DNA of 64,000 nt from Clostridia bacterium (GCA_045533905.1 JAZSIR010000008.1:1-64000); one strand, 5' to 3'. Positions 9,082 through 17,820 are shown, numbered from the stretch's first letter. Program-made: numbers and translations. The notes: generated from the sequence alone by a model not told the origin.

Positions 9082-9389
9082 GGCACCCTCCTTATAGTCC
9101 GGCGCACAAGAAACATATGCCCGCATCATAAGGCTATTTTTGTTCCGCCCGCCCTTCTGCTACTCTTCCATATCCGGCAAAACGATGGTTTTGTGCTTAT
9201 GTCCATCTGTATAACAAAAAACAAATGCCGGAACCTGCACAATTCAGATGCCGAGAAATCATTCTACCAGGAGCAAAAATCTTTGCCGGCAAGGAGATTT
9301 TTGCGACGCCGTCAATTACCGCAGTGCTCGAAAGAGCACAGAAGAGCAACAGTTCTTAAGAATTTTATGAAATAAATTCTGCATTTGTC

Positions 9390-9418
9390 ATTATACCACT
9401 CAGAAAAAGCTTTTTCAA
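9390..9418 (-). promoter_or_regulatory. Sigma-A promoter of PHP-eda-kdgK, giving a ~300 nt leader
   Basis: TTGAAA-17-TATAAT with extended TG. Confidence 0.65.
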
Positions 9419-9519
9419 TACTTTTATGTTTTTATCAAAATTAAACACTTTTAATTTAATGCTTAATTTTTGCTCTTGCAGCCAGAGAGCATCCGGCAAT
9501 AGAAAATAGATACCCACAC

Positions 9520-9550
9520 AAAAAAGGAGCTGCAAATGCAGCTCCTTTTT
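9520..9550 (-). terminator. Intrinsic terminator after the acyl-CoA ligase fusion
   Basis: AAAAAAGGAGCTGC-AAAT-GCAGCTCCTTTTT. Confidence 0.8.
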
Positions 9551-9551
9551 A

Positions 9552-12008
9552 TTATTTTAGACCGAGTAATTTGACCGATTCGTCGCGCATTTTGTATTTT
9601 AAAATTTTACCCGCGGCGTTCATCGGAAATTCGTTTACGAAGAGGAAATACCGTGGTACCTTATGGCGTGCGATGGAAGCGTTGCCGAATTCTTTCATTT
9701 CGTTTTCATCCGCCGTCTCTCCCTTATGGAGGATAATCCAAGCGCAGCACTCTTCCCCGTATCTTTCATCCGGCACACCGACAACCTGCACGTCACGCAC
9801 CTTGGGGTTTGTGAGATAAAACTCTTCGATTTCGCGCGGATAGAGGTTTTCGCCGCCACGGATAATCATATCCTTAAGGCGGCCGGTTACCTTATAATAT
9901 CCATCTTCTGTTCTGCAGCAAATGTCACCGGAGTGCAGCCACCCTTCAGCGTCTATGGCCTGCGCGGTGGCCTCGGGCATTTTGTAATACCCCTTCATAA
10001 TATTGAAGCCGCGTGCCACAAATTCGCCGCTTTCGCCATCGGGAAGTTCGTCGCCCGTTTCGGGGTCAATAATCTTACATTCCACGCCCGGGAAAGCACT
10101 TCCAACCGTTTCCACGCGATGGTCAAGGTCTTCATTCACCTCGCCCATCGTGCAGCCCGGTGAAGCCTCGGTCTGCCCGTACACGGAAATAATTTCGCGC
10201 ATATTCATCTCAACAGAAGCGCGGCGCATAAGGTCTGCCGGGCAGTTTGCGCCCGCCATAATACCGGTTCGCATATGCGAAAAATCGGTTTTGGCAAAGT
10301 CGGGATGATTAAACATTGCAATAAACATTGTGGGAACGCCGTTGAAGCACGTGATATGCTCGTCATTTACACAGGCGAGGGAAGATTTTGGCGAGAAGTA
10401 CGGAATCGGGCAAAGTGTGCCGCCGTGTGTCATCATCGACGTCATGGAAAGCACCATGCCGAAGCAATGGAACATCGGCACCTGAATCATCATACGGTCC
10501 GCCGTCGATAAATCCATTCTGTCACCGATTGTTTTGCCGTTATTTACAATGTTGCGGTGTGTAAGCATAACACCCTTCGGGAAGCCCGTAGTGCCGGACG
10601 TGTACTGCATATTGCAGACATCGTCAGGTCTTACGAGTGAGGCACGTCTTCGCACTTCTTCTCTCGGAATTTCCGTAGAGCGCGCGAGCATTTCTTCCCA
10701 GGTAAGGCATCCCGGCATAGAAAAGCCGACCGTTACAACATTGCGCAAAAACGGCAGGTTTTTCGAGTAAAGCGGCTGGCCCGGCGCAAGATTCTCAAGT
10801 TCAGGACAAAGCTCCTCGATAATTTCCTTATAGTTAATATCCTTGCAGTATTCAATCATAACGAGTGTATGTGTATCGGACTGCTTTAAGAGATATTCAA
10901 TTTCGTGGATTTTATAGGCGGTATTTACCGTTACGAGTACCGCGCCGATTTTGGTCGTTGCCCAGAAGGTGATAAACCACTCAGGCACATTTGTGGCCCA
11001 CACCGCCACATGGTCCCCCGCTTTTACGCCGAGGGAAATGAGTGCTGCGGCACATTCATCCACATCACGGCGGAACTGCGCATACGTTCTCGTATAATCG
11101 AGCGTGGGATATTTAAAGGCATACTGGTCCGGATACGTTTCCGCCATCGTATCCAGCACATCCGCAAAGGTTGCATCAATTACGTCATACTTCTTCCAGA
11201 CAAACGTGCCGGTATGGCTTCTGTTATAGTAAGCGCGGTCAAAGCTCTTCTTCTCGCGTTTGAGGGAAGAAATGTAGTTTGCAAAGTGTGTCAGTACAAT
11301 GTCTGCATCCTGAATATCTTCATTCCAGGCGGCGCAGATAAAACCTTCATAATTGAGGGAAGAAAGTGCATTCAGGAAATTCCCGACCGGAAGCTCGCCT
11401 TCCCCGATTAAAACGGTTTTTCCGTCTTTGATGTCGCCAAGGCGGACATAGCGGATATAGGCACCGAGTGTCTTTATGGTAGCTTCTGCCGTTTCGCCTG
11501 CCCCGAAATACGTGCCGCGCACGTTCCAGGAAGCGCCGATTGCTGCAGAAGAAAAGAAATTGATAATTTCAACGACTTTCTCTGTATCGGCCAGACACCC
11601 TACCGTTTCAAACAAAATCCCGACATCGGCTTTTTCCGCACGGCGAATAGCATCCGCGAGCTTTTCCGAAAGTGCTGCAAACGGCGTTTCTTTTTCCACG
11701 CGGACAATTACGAAGGCAACTCCTGCCCCTGCCGCCATATCTACATACTTTGAAACTGTTTCTGCCGTCGTTTCCGCACTTTCAACCGGGTGCGGCATAC
11801 GGAGTGCAGATACAGAAAGGCTGCGGTTTACAAGTTTTCTTTTGGAATCTGCCATACGCTCGCGGCGTAAAATACTGTCGTGATGCTGACCTCTCTCTTT
11901 TATGGCATCATATATTTCAAAGCCTGCAAAACCGTAATCATATGCATACTGACAAGTCGAAAGAAAGGATGCACGGTTTACATTTTTAGTAGAAAATACG
12001 ATTTTCAT
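9552..12008 (-). CDS. Fusion: degenerate xylose-isomerase-like TIM barrel + acyl-CoA synthetase (AMP-binding, YngI/PRK08315-like)
   Basis: C-terminal YTSGTTGFPKG, PMFHCFG, YGQTEASP, GWLHSGD, GKILK; N-terminal ~250 aa with YGFAGFEI, LFET, IGEGELP, LNYEGFI; start 12008 after GAGGAGG. Confidence 0.85.
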   Translation of the reverse strand: MKIVFSTKNVNRASFLSTCQYAYDYGFAGFEIYDAIKERGQHHDSILRRERMADSKRKLVNRSLSVSALRMPHPVESAETTAETVSKYVDMAAGAGVAFVIVRVEKETPFAALSEKLADAIRRAEKADVGILFETVGCLADTEKVVEIINFFSSAAIGASWNVRGTYFGAGETAEATIKTLGAYIRYVRLGDIKDGKTVLIGEGELPVGNFLNALSSLNYEGFICAAWNEDIQDADIVLTHFANYISSLKREKKSFDRAYYNRSHTGTFVWKKYDVIDATFADVLDTMAETYPDQYAFKYPTLDYTRTYAQFRRDVDECAAALISLGVKAGDHVAVWATNVPEWFITFWATTKIGAVLVTVNTAYKIHEIEYLLKQSDTHTLVMIEYCKDINYKEIIEELCPELENLAPGQPLYSKNLPFLRNVVTVGFSMPGCLTWEEMLARSTEIPREEVRRRASLVRPDDVCNMQYTSGTTGFPKGVMLTHRNIVNNGKTIGDRMDLSTADRMMIQVPMFHCFGMVLSMTSMMTHGGTLCPIPYFSPKSSLACVNDEHITCFNGVPTMFIAMFNHPDFAKTDFSHMRTGIMAGANCPADLMRRASVEMNMREIISVYGQTEASPGCTMGEVNEDLDHRVETVGSAFPGVECKIIDPETGDELPDGESGEFVARGFNIMKGYYKMPEATAQAIDAEGWLHSGDICCRTEDGYYKVTGRLKDMIIRGGENLYPREIEEFYLTNPKVRDVQVVGVPDERYGEECCAWIILHKGETADENEMKEFGNASIARHKVPRYFLFVNEFPMNAAGKILKYKMRDESVKLLGLK

Positions 12009-12009
12009 C

Positions 12010-13398
12010 TTATGCCTCCTCAAACACAATCTTGTTGAGCGCGTTGATATATGCACGGATGCTTGCCGCTACAATGTCTGTAGAAATCCCGTTACCGGAG
12101 TACAGTTTTCCGTTATTGCGAAGGCGGACAACAGCCGAACCGAGTGCTTCTTTGCCTTCTGTTACAGCCTGCACCTGGAAATCATCCAGTTCATAATGAT
12201 GCCCGATGCACTGTTCAATGGCGCGGAAAGCGGAATCAATAGAGCCATCCCCCGTAGCAACGCCGCACATCTTCTCCCCGCCCACAGATAATGTGACCTG
12301 TGACATAGAGCTTGCAAGGTTGGTGCTGTTTGTTGTATAGCTTTCGAGATGATAGGTAGAAGGTGCCTGCATAGCCGTGCTTGCGATCAGCGCTTCAAAT
12401 TCCTTGGCGCCGACAGCATCCTTCGTCTCGCAGATCTGGAGTAATGCCTTGTGCACATTGCCGACATCCCCCTCAGAAAGATCATAACCGAGAATCTGGG
12501 CAGCCTGCGCCACCTGCGAAATGGTGCTTTCTGCATCGAGAAGAATTTTCTTCTTTTCGCTGACTGCGCCGTCTATCTCATACGCTTCGTGCTGGATGCT
12601 TGCAAGCATATCCTTGATATCTTTATGAATTTTTGTGTTATTCAGATTGGTTTCCGCTCCAATTTCGGCAGCACAAGCACAAACGGCATCAGAAAATTCG
12701 CCCGTTAAAAGTGCATCTTTGCCTGCCATCGCGCATTTTACGCCGTCTGCCCCGCCCAAAACTGCCGCAAGTGCCGCGGAAACACCCATATGGATGCGCT
12801 CGGAAACACGGACAAACAAGGGCAATGCCGTGACTTTCTTTACCGCCTCTACCATAGCCGTAATGCCGGAGGGCAGAGATGCGCCCGCATCATCGCAAAC
12901 AGTTATCACGGTTGCGCCGCCTTCTTCTGCCGTCTTAACGGCTTCTGCCAGGAAACCGGCGTCCGCACGTGTGGCATCGAGTGCTACAAATTCCACGTCT
13001 CGGCAAAGCGCCTTTGCCGCACGGATGAGCTCTGCAATTTTAGAAAGCATTTTGTCGCCCTTGATATGATAGGTATATTCCATCTGCACTGTGGAAACGG
13101 GCACCTCAATCTGAAGGCGCGGATTTTTTGCTTCACAGATACATTCCCATGCATTTTTTACTTCCTCTTCGGAGAAACCTACAGGAATTGCGAGGATTGC
13201 CTTTTGGATATTCTGGGCAATTGTTTTATAAACAATCGTATCTTCACGAAGATTTTTAACGGGGGGCAGCTCCACAGCATCCGCACCAAGTGCATCTGCA
13301 CACGCGACAATCGCTGTCTTTTCCCGGAACAAAAGGGCTACCTCCCGCTCCATGGAAAGTTTTTTCAGTGTAATGTCCGACACCATAATTTTCTTCAT
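12010..13398 (-). CDS. 2-isopropylmalate synthase (LeuA)-like protein; catalytic motifs lost, regulatory domain intact
   Basis: DITLKK replaces DTTLRDGEQ; RVSE replaces HxHND; conserved C-terminal GDGSIDSA...AVTEGKEALG...STDIVAASIRAYINALN. Confidence 0.8.
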   Translation of the reverse strand: MKKIMVSDITLKKLSMEREVALLFREKTAIVACADALGADAVELPPVKNLREDTIVYKTIAQNIQKAILAIPVGFSEEEVKNAWECICEAKNPRLQIEVPVSTVQMEYTYHIKGDKMLSKIAELIRAAKALCRDVEFVALDATRADAGFLAEAVKTAEEGGATVITVCDDAGASLPSGITAMVEAVKKVTALPLFVRVSERIHMGVSAALAAVLGGADGVKCAMAGKDALLTGEFSDAVCACAAEIGAETNLNNTKIHKDIKDMLASIQHEAYEIDGAVSEKKKILLDAESTISQVAQAAQILGYDLSEGDVGNVHKALLQICETKDAVGAKEFEALIASTAMQAPSTYHLESYTTNSTNLASSMSQVTLSVGGEKMCGVATGDGSIDSAFRAIEQCIGHHYELDDFQVQAVTEGKEALGSAVVRLRNNGKLYSGNGISTDIVAASIRAYINALNKIVFEEA

Positions 13399-13436
13399 AT
13401 TCAAAACTCCTTTCAGTTTCTACCCTATTTTACTAA

Positions 13437-13697
13437 CAAAAAAACGCTTTCATCTCTTACTTTTCAAAGAGACGAAAACGCCTGTTTCCGCGGTACCACT
13501 CTTTTTCATCCGAAACGGATGCACTTTAGATGCTATCACATCCTGACTCTGTAACGGGAGTTCCCGTCTGCCCCTACTAAAATGTTCACGGCAGCCGCTC
13601 CGCGGTGAGTTCTGCAAATCTCCCCCGATGCCTCGCACCGCCCGGCATCTCTCTCAAGGCGAAAGTATTCTGCATACTATTCCGCATCACTGCGTTT
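13437..13697 (-). promoter_or_regulatory. T-box riboswitch, Leu (CUC) specifier
   Basis: Stem I with AGTA, AGAGA, GGTGCGA, GAA-CTC-A (13607-13609); T-box AAAAAGAGTGGTACCGCGG (13488-13506); terminator with U-tract. Confidence 0.92.
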
Positions 13698-13713
13698 CGT
13701 TCAATTTTTCAAA

Positions 13714-13742
13714 ATTATAGCACAAAAGCAAGGCTTTGTCAA
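13714..13742 (-). promoter_or_regulatory. Sigma-A promoter of the Leu T-box operon
   Basis: Consensus TTGACA-17-TATAAT with extended TG. Confidence 0.85.
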
Positions 13743-13792
13743 GCCTTTTCAAGAATTTTATTGCCCCTTTTCGAGTTTTTTTCAAAAAACTA

Positions 13793-13821
13793 TTGACAAA
13801 TTCCCTCAAATTGCATATAAT
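13793..13821 (+). promoter_or_regulatory. Sigma-A promoter of the Ile T-box gene
   Basis: Consensus TTGACA-17-TATAAT. Confidence 0.85.
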
Positions 13822-13842
13822 GATTACAAATTTGAATATCAC

Positions 13843-14100
13843 AAACGACTGTGACGAAGACGGTCGGATTACAGAGTCTGGAGAGAGTTGCCGGGTGGTG
13901 CGAGGCAATGATGAAGTTTTCCAATGACCCATCACTTCCGAGTTGGGGGACCGAAAGGCGCCGCCGAGTAGACTCCTTCCGTAATGCTGCGTTAAAGCAA
14001 AGGGTTTGTTTGAACCCGGTAAGTGGCGGATTTTTCCGCAATTTGAGTGGTACCGCGAGTTGATGCTCGTCTCAAAGTGTTTGAGGCGAGCTTTTTGTTT
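13843..14100 (+). promoter_or_regulatory. T-box riboswitch, Ile (AUC) specifier
   Basis: AGAGAG, GGTGCGA, C-ATC-A specifier (13931-13933), AGTA and GCGTT stem II elements, AATTTGAGTGGTACCGCG (14040-14057), terminator GCTCGTCTCAAA...TTTGAGGCGAGCTTTTT. Confidence 0.9.
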
Positions 14101-14155
14101 TATTCAAGTTTCAAATCACGGCCCTTTCGGGTCTTGGAAAAGAAGGGAGACAAAA

Positions 14156-16456
14156 ATGGATTACAATTTGAAGGAAGTCGCAAGGAGAATCAAGGACCTT
14201 CGTGAAGCCAAGGGCTTTTCACAGGAAGAGCTTGCGCGTCTTACAGGCGTTTCGGCTGCGGACTATAAGGTTCTCGAAGAAGGCGAAACCGATTTCAGCT
14301 TTACCTTCATCTATAAGTGCGCCAAGGCCTGCGGTGTTGAGGTTGTAGACCTTCTGGAAGGCACAAGCACCACCCTCACCTCTTTCGCTATTACAAGACG
14401 CGGCGAAGGTCTTAAAATTCTGAAAAAGCAGGGCGTTGAATACAACAACCTGGCGCCTAAGTTCAAAGAGAAGCTCGCAGAGCCTTTCCTTGTAAAGTTT
14501 CCGTATATTCCGGAAGAGCAGAATGCACCCATAAAGCTCAGTTCCCATAACGGACAGGAGTTTGACGTAATTGTAAAAGGCTCGCTTCGGGTGCAGGTCG
14601 GTAACCATATTGACGTTCTGCACGAAGGCGATTCCATTTTCTATAACAGTATCATTCCCCACGGCATGATTGCCGCAAGCGAAGGCGGCTGCGAGTTCCA
14701 CGCCGTGGTTCTGAACCCGCAGGACGGGCATTTCAGCGAAGAATATCCCGATGTACCGTTCATCGCTTCAAAGGCGCCACAAAAAGAAGCAGATAAGGAA
14801 ACGGTTGCTGATAAATTCATTACCTCTTCCTATGATGAAAACGGCGTGTTCAGCGGCATCACCTTCCACAATGAAGACACTTTTAATTTCGCTTTCGACT
14901 GTGTGGATGCCATTGCAGATAAGACGCCGGACAAGCGTGCTATGATGTGGGTGGCAAATGACAAGACCGACCGTATGTTCACCTTCGGCGATATGAAAAA
15001 ATATTCTGCAAAGACGGCAAACTACTTTGAATCGCTCGGCATCAAACGCGGTGACACTGTAATGCTCGTATTGAAGAGACATTACCAGTTCTGGTTCTCG
15101 ATGCTCGCTCTCCATAAAATCGGCGCTATCGCAATCCCTGCGACAAACCAGCTTGTAGAACACGATTTTGACTACAGATATAAAGCCGCAAAGGTAAAAG
15201 CTATCGTTTGCACCGCGGATGGTGAAGTGTCCGCAGAAGCCGAAAAGGCTGCTGCAAACTACCCCGGAATGATTAAAGTTCTGGTCGGTGGAAGCCGTGA
15301 CGGCTGGCACGATTTTAATGTGGAAATGGAACGCTTCAGCACACATTTTAAGCGTACGGAAAATTCGCCCTGCGGAAACGACCCGATGCTGATGCTCTTC
15401 ACATCCGGCACAACCGGATACCCCCGCATTGCAACACATTCTTACAAATATGCACTCGGCCATTATCCGACGGCAAAGCACTGGCACAATGTAAACCCGG
15501 ACGGGCTGCACTTTACCATCTCCGACACGGGCTGGGGCAAGGCGCTCTGGGGTAAGCTCTACGGACAGTGGCTCTGCGAAGCAGGCATCTTTACCTATGA
15601 CTTCGACAGATTCCGCTCCGAAGACATTCTCCCCCTCTTTAAGAAGTACAACATCACAACTTTCTGCGCACCGCCCACTATGTATCGCTTCTTCATCAAA
15701 GAGGACTTATCCAAGTATGATCTTTCCTCTATTGAGCATGCAACCACAGCAGGTGAAGCGCTCAATCCTGAAGTATTCAATCAGTTCAAGAAGGCTACCG
15801 GCCTTACGATTATGGAAGGCTTCGGCCAGACGGAAACCACGCTTTCCATCGCAAACTTTGTGGGTTCCACGCCGAAAATCGGCTCCATGGGCAGACCAAG
15901 CCCCCTCTACGATGTAGTGGTGTTGGATCCCGACGGCAACGAATGCAAAACCGGCGACACAGGCGAAATCTGCATCCGCGTAAAGGACAATGCGCTCTGC
16001 GGTCTCTTCATCGGCTATTATCTGGATGAAGAAAAGACAAACGAAGTATGGCACGATGGCTTCTACCACACAGGCGACCAGGCCACGATGGATGAAGACG
16101 GTTACCTCTGGTACGTAGGTCGTATTGACGATGTTATTAAATCCTCCGGCTACCGCATCGGGCCTTTCGAAATCGAAAGCGTTATTATGGAGCTCCCGTA
16201 TGTTCTGGAATGTGCCATCACGCCCGTTCCTGACGAAGTGCGCGGCCAGATTGTAAAGGCCACCATTGTGCTTACAAAAGGCACAGAAGGCACAGATGCG
16301 CTTAAAAAAGAAATTCAGGAATATGTAAAGACACATACAGCGCCGTACAAATACCCGCGTATTGTGGAATTTGTTTCTGAACTTCCGAAGACCATCAGCG
16401 GCAAAGTAAGACGCGTTGAAATCCGCAATAACGATTTGAAAAAATCCGCAAAATAA
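14156..16456 (+). CDS. Fusion: XRE HTH + cupin + medium-chain acyl-CoA synthetase (MACS/AAE-like)
   Basis: RIKDLREAKGFSQEELARL HTH; HNGQEF...HGM cupin; FTSGTTGYP, SDTGWGKALWGKLYGQW, GFGQTET, YHTGD, PKTISGK; start 14156 after AAGGGAG. Confidence 0.9.
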   Translation: MDYNLKEVARRIKDLREAKGFSQEELARLTGVSAADYKVLEEGETDFSFTFIYKCAKACGVEVVDLLEGTSTTLTSFAITRRGEGLKILKKQGVEYNNLAPKFKEKLAEPFLVKFPYIPEEQNAPIKLSSHNGQEFDVIVKGSLRVQVGNHIDVLHEGDSIFYNSIIPHGMIAASEGGCEFHAVVLNPQDGHFSEEYPDVPFIASKAPQKEADKETVADKFITSSYDENGVFSGITFHNEDTFNFAFDCVDAIADKTPDKRAMMWVANDKTDRMFTFGDMKKYSAKTANYFESLGIKRGDTVMLVLKRHYQFWFSMLALHKIGAIAIPATNQLVEHDFDYRYKAAKVKAIVCTADGEVSAEAEKAAANYPGMIKVLVGGSRDGWHDFNVEMERFSTHFKRTENSPCGNDPMLMLFTSGTTGYPRIATHSYKYALGHYPTAKHWHNVNPDGLHFTISDTGWGKALWGKLYGQWLCEAGIFTYDFDRFRSEDILPLFKKYNITTFCAPPTMYRFFIKEDLSKYDLSSIEHATTAGEALNPEVFNQFKKATGLTIMEGFGQTETTLSIANFVGSTPKIGSMGRPSPLYDVVVLDPDGNECKTGDTGEICIRVKDNALCGLFIGYYLDEEKTNEVWHDGFYHTGDQATMDEDGYLWYVGRIDDVIKSSGYRIGPFEIESVIMELPYVLECAITPVPDEVRGQIVKATIVLTKGTEGTDALKKEIQEYVKTHTAPYKYPRIVEFVSELPKTISGKVRRVEIRNNDLKKSAK

Positions 16457-16463
16457 GCAAAAT

Positions 16464-16502
16464 AAAAAGCGCCCTGAAATCTTGCGATTTCAGGGCGCTT
16501 TT
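16464..16502. terminator. Bidirectional terminator
   Basis: AAAAAGCGCCCTGAAATC-TTGC-GATTTCAGGGCGCTTTT between convergent genes. Confidence 0.85.
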
Positions 16503-16511
16503 GTTTGCTTC

Positions 16512-16640
16512 TCAATCTTTATACATTTTATTCAAAATAATTGTCATGAGGATGATGCAGCCGATTACAGCTACAATTGTGAGCATACCCACTGCCATAT
16601 ATTTCATATTAACCAGAAACGACATAGGTGAAAAATTCAT
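16512..16640 (-). CDS. OadG-like small membrane subunit (42 aa; below the ORF-track cutoff)
   Basis: GGGAGGAG RBS; MNFSPMSFLVNMKYMAVGMLTIVAVIGCIILMTIILNKMYKD has one TM helix; directly downstream of oadB. Confidence 0.75.
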   Translation of the reverse strand: MNFSPMSFLVNMKYMAVGMLTIVAVIGCIILMTIILNKMYKD

Positions 16641-16655
16641 AGTTCTTCTCCTCCC

Positions 16656-17789
16656 CTACATAAAGAAATTCAAGATGAGACCGCCTGCGATAACGGAGGC
16701 AATCTGCCCGGAAACATTAACGCCGATGGAGTGCATCAGAAGGAAGTTCGAGGAATCTTCTTCGAGGCCCATCTTATGTACTACACGCCCGGACATCGGG
16801 AAAGCAGAAATACCTGCCGCACCGATCATAGGGTTAATCTTCTTTTTGAGGAAGAGGTTTAAGAGCTTTGCAAACAGAACGCCGCCGGCCGTATCAAAGA
16901 TGAATGCCACAAGGCCGAGACCTAAAATAAGAAGCGTGTTCGGCTGCAGGAAGCTTTCTGCCTGCATCTGGGAAGCAATGGTGATACCAAGGAAAATGGT
17001 AACAAGATTTGCAAGGGCATTCTGCGCGGTTTCGGAAAGCGAATTGAGTACGCCGCACTCGCGGATAAGGTTACCAAACATAAGGAAACCAATAAGCGAA
17101 ACGGATGCCGGTGCAACAACGCCTGCAATAATGGTAATAATAATCGGGAACAGAATTCTTGTGGTCTTCGATACGCTCTTCTGTTCGTAGGGCATACGGA
17201 TCATACGCTCTTTCTTTGTGGTAAGCGCCTTGATAACCGGCGGCTGAATCATCGGCACAAGCGCCATATACGAATACGCCGCAACCATAATAGCACCGAG
17301 ATACTTTGAGTTCAGCTTCTGAGCCACAACGATGGAAGTCGGGCCGTCTGCCGCACCGATGATACCGATTGCCGCAGCATCGTTGATATCAAAGAACATA
17401 GAAGCGAGGCACAGGGTAAAGAAGATACCGAACTGTGCGGCCGCGCCGAAAAGCATAAGCTTCGGATTTGTGAGAATCGGGCCGAAGTCAATCATAGCAC
17501 CGATACCGATAAAGAGAATAAGCGGGAACAGCTCGTTCGAAATACCGGCATTAAAGAGTGTGGTCAGCGCGCCATGTTCAACCTGTGCCACCCCATCCAC
17601 AATGCCCGAAATCTGGTCTATTGCGCCGGAAAACGGGATGTTTACCAAAATTGTACCGAAACCGAGTGGGAGCAGTAGCGTCGGCTCCATTTCCTTTTTG
17701 ATTGCCAGGTAGATTAAAATACCACCGATAAGCCACATAATCATTTGCTGCCACGTAGGTAAAATGGCATTGGACAAAAGCTCGCCCAT
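16656..17789 (-). CDS. oadB: Na+-translocating decarboxylase beta subunit
   Basis: EPTLLLPLGFG, GAAAQFGIF, IGAADGPT, AAYSYMALVP, GAAGISAFPMS; start after AGGAGG. Confidence 0.92.
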   Translation of the reverse strand: MGELLSNAILPTWQQMIMWLIGGILIYLAIKKEMEPTLLLPLGFGTILVNIPFSGAIDQISGIVDGVAQVEHGALTTLFNAGISNELFPLILFIGIGAMIDFGPILTNPKLMLFGAAAQFGIFFTLCLASMFFDINDAAAIGIIGAADGPTSIVVAQKLNSKYLGAIMVAAYSYMALVPMIQPPVIKALTTKKERMIRMPYEQKSVSKTTRILFPIIITIIAGVVAPASVSLIGFLMFGNLIRECGVLNSLSETAQNALANLVTIFLGITIASQMQAESFLQPNTLLILGLGLVAFIFDTAGGVLFAKLLNLFLKKKINPMIGAAGISAFPMSGRVVHKMGLEEDSSNFLLMHSIGVNVSGQIASVIAGGLILNFFM

Positions 17790-17820
17790 TTCTAAATTCC
17801 TCCTAAAACATAGTGTGTAT

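Noticed and set aside
9317-9385. 22-codon leader peptide MQNLFHKILKNCCSSVLFRALR on the minus strand
   Set aside because: No RBS, the ATG lies at or before the predicted TSS, and there is no attenuator-type codon run; cannot be supported
12010-13398. Functional leuA, or a decayed pseudogene
   Set aside because: Catalytic motifs are absent, so not called leuA; the frame, RBS, T-box and regulatory domain are intact, so not called a pseudogene
14006-14155. N-terminal extension of the XRE-cupin-ligase ORF
   Set aside because: Overlaps the T-box antiterminator/terminator; the RBS supports ATG 14156
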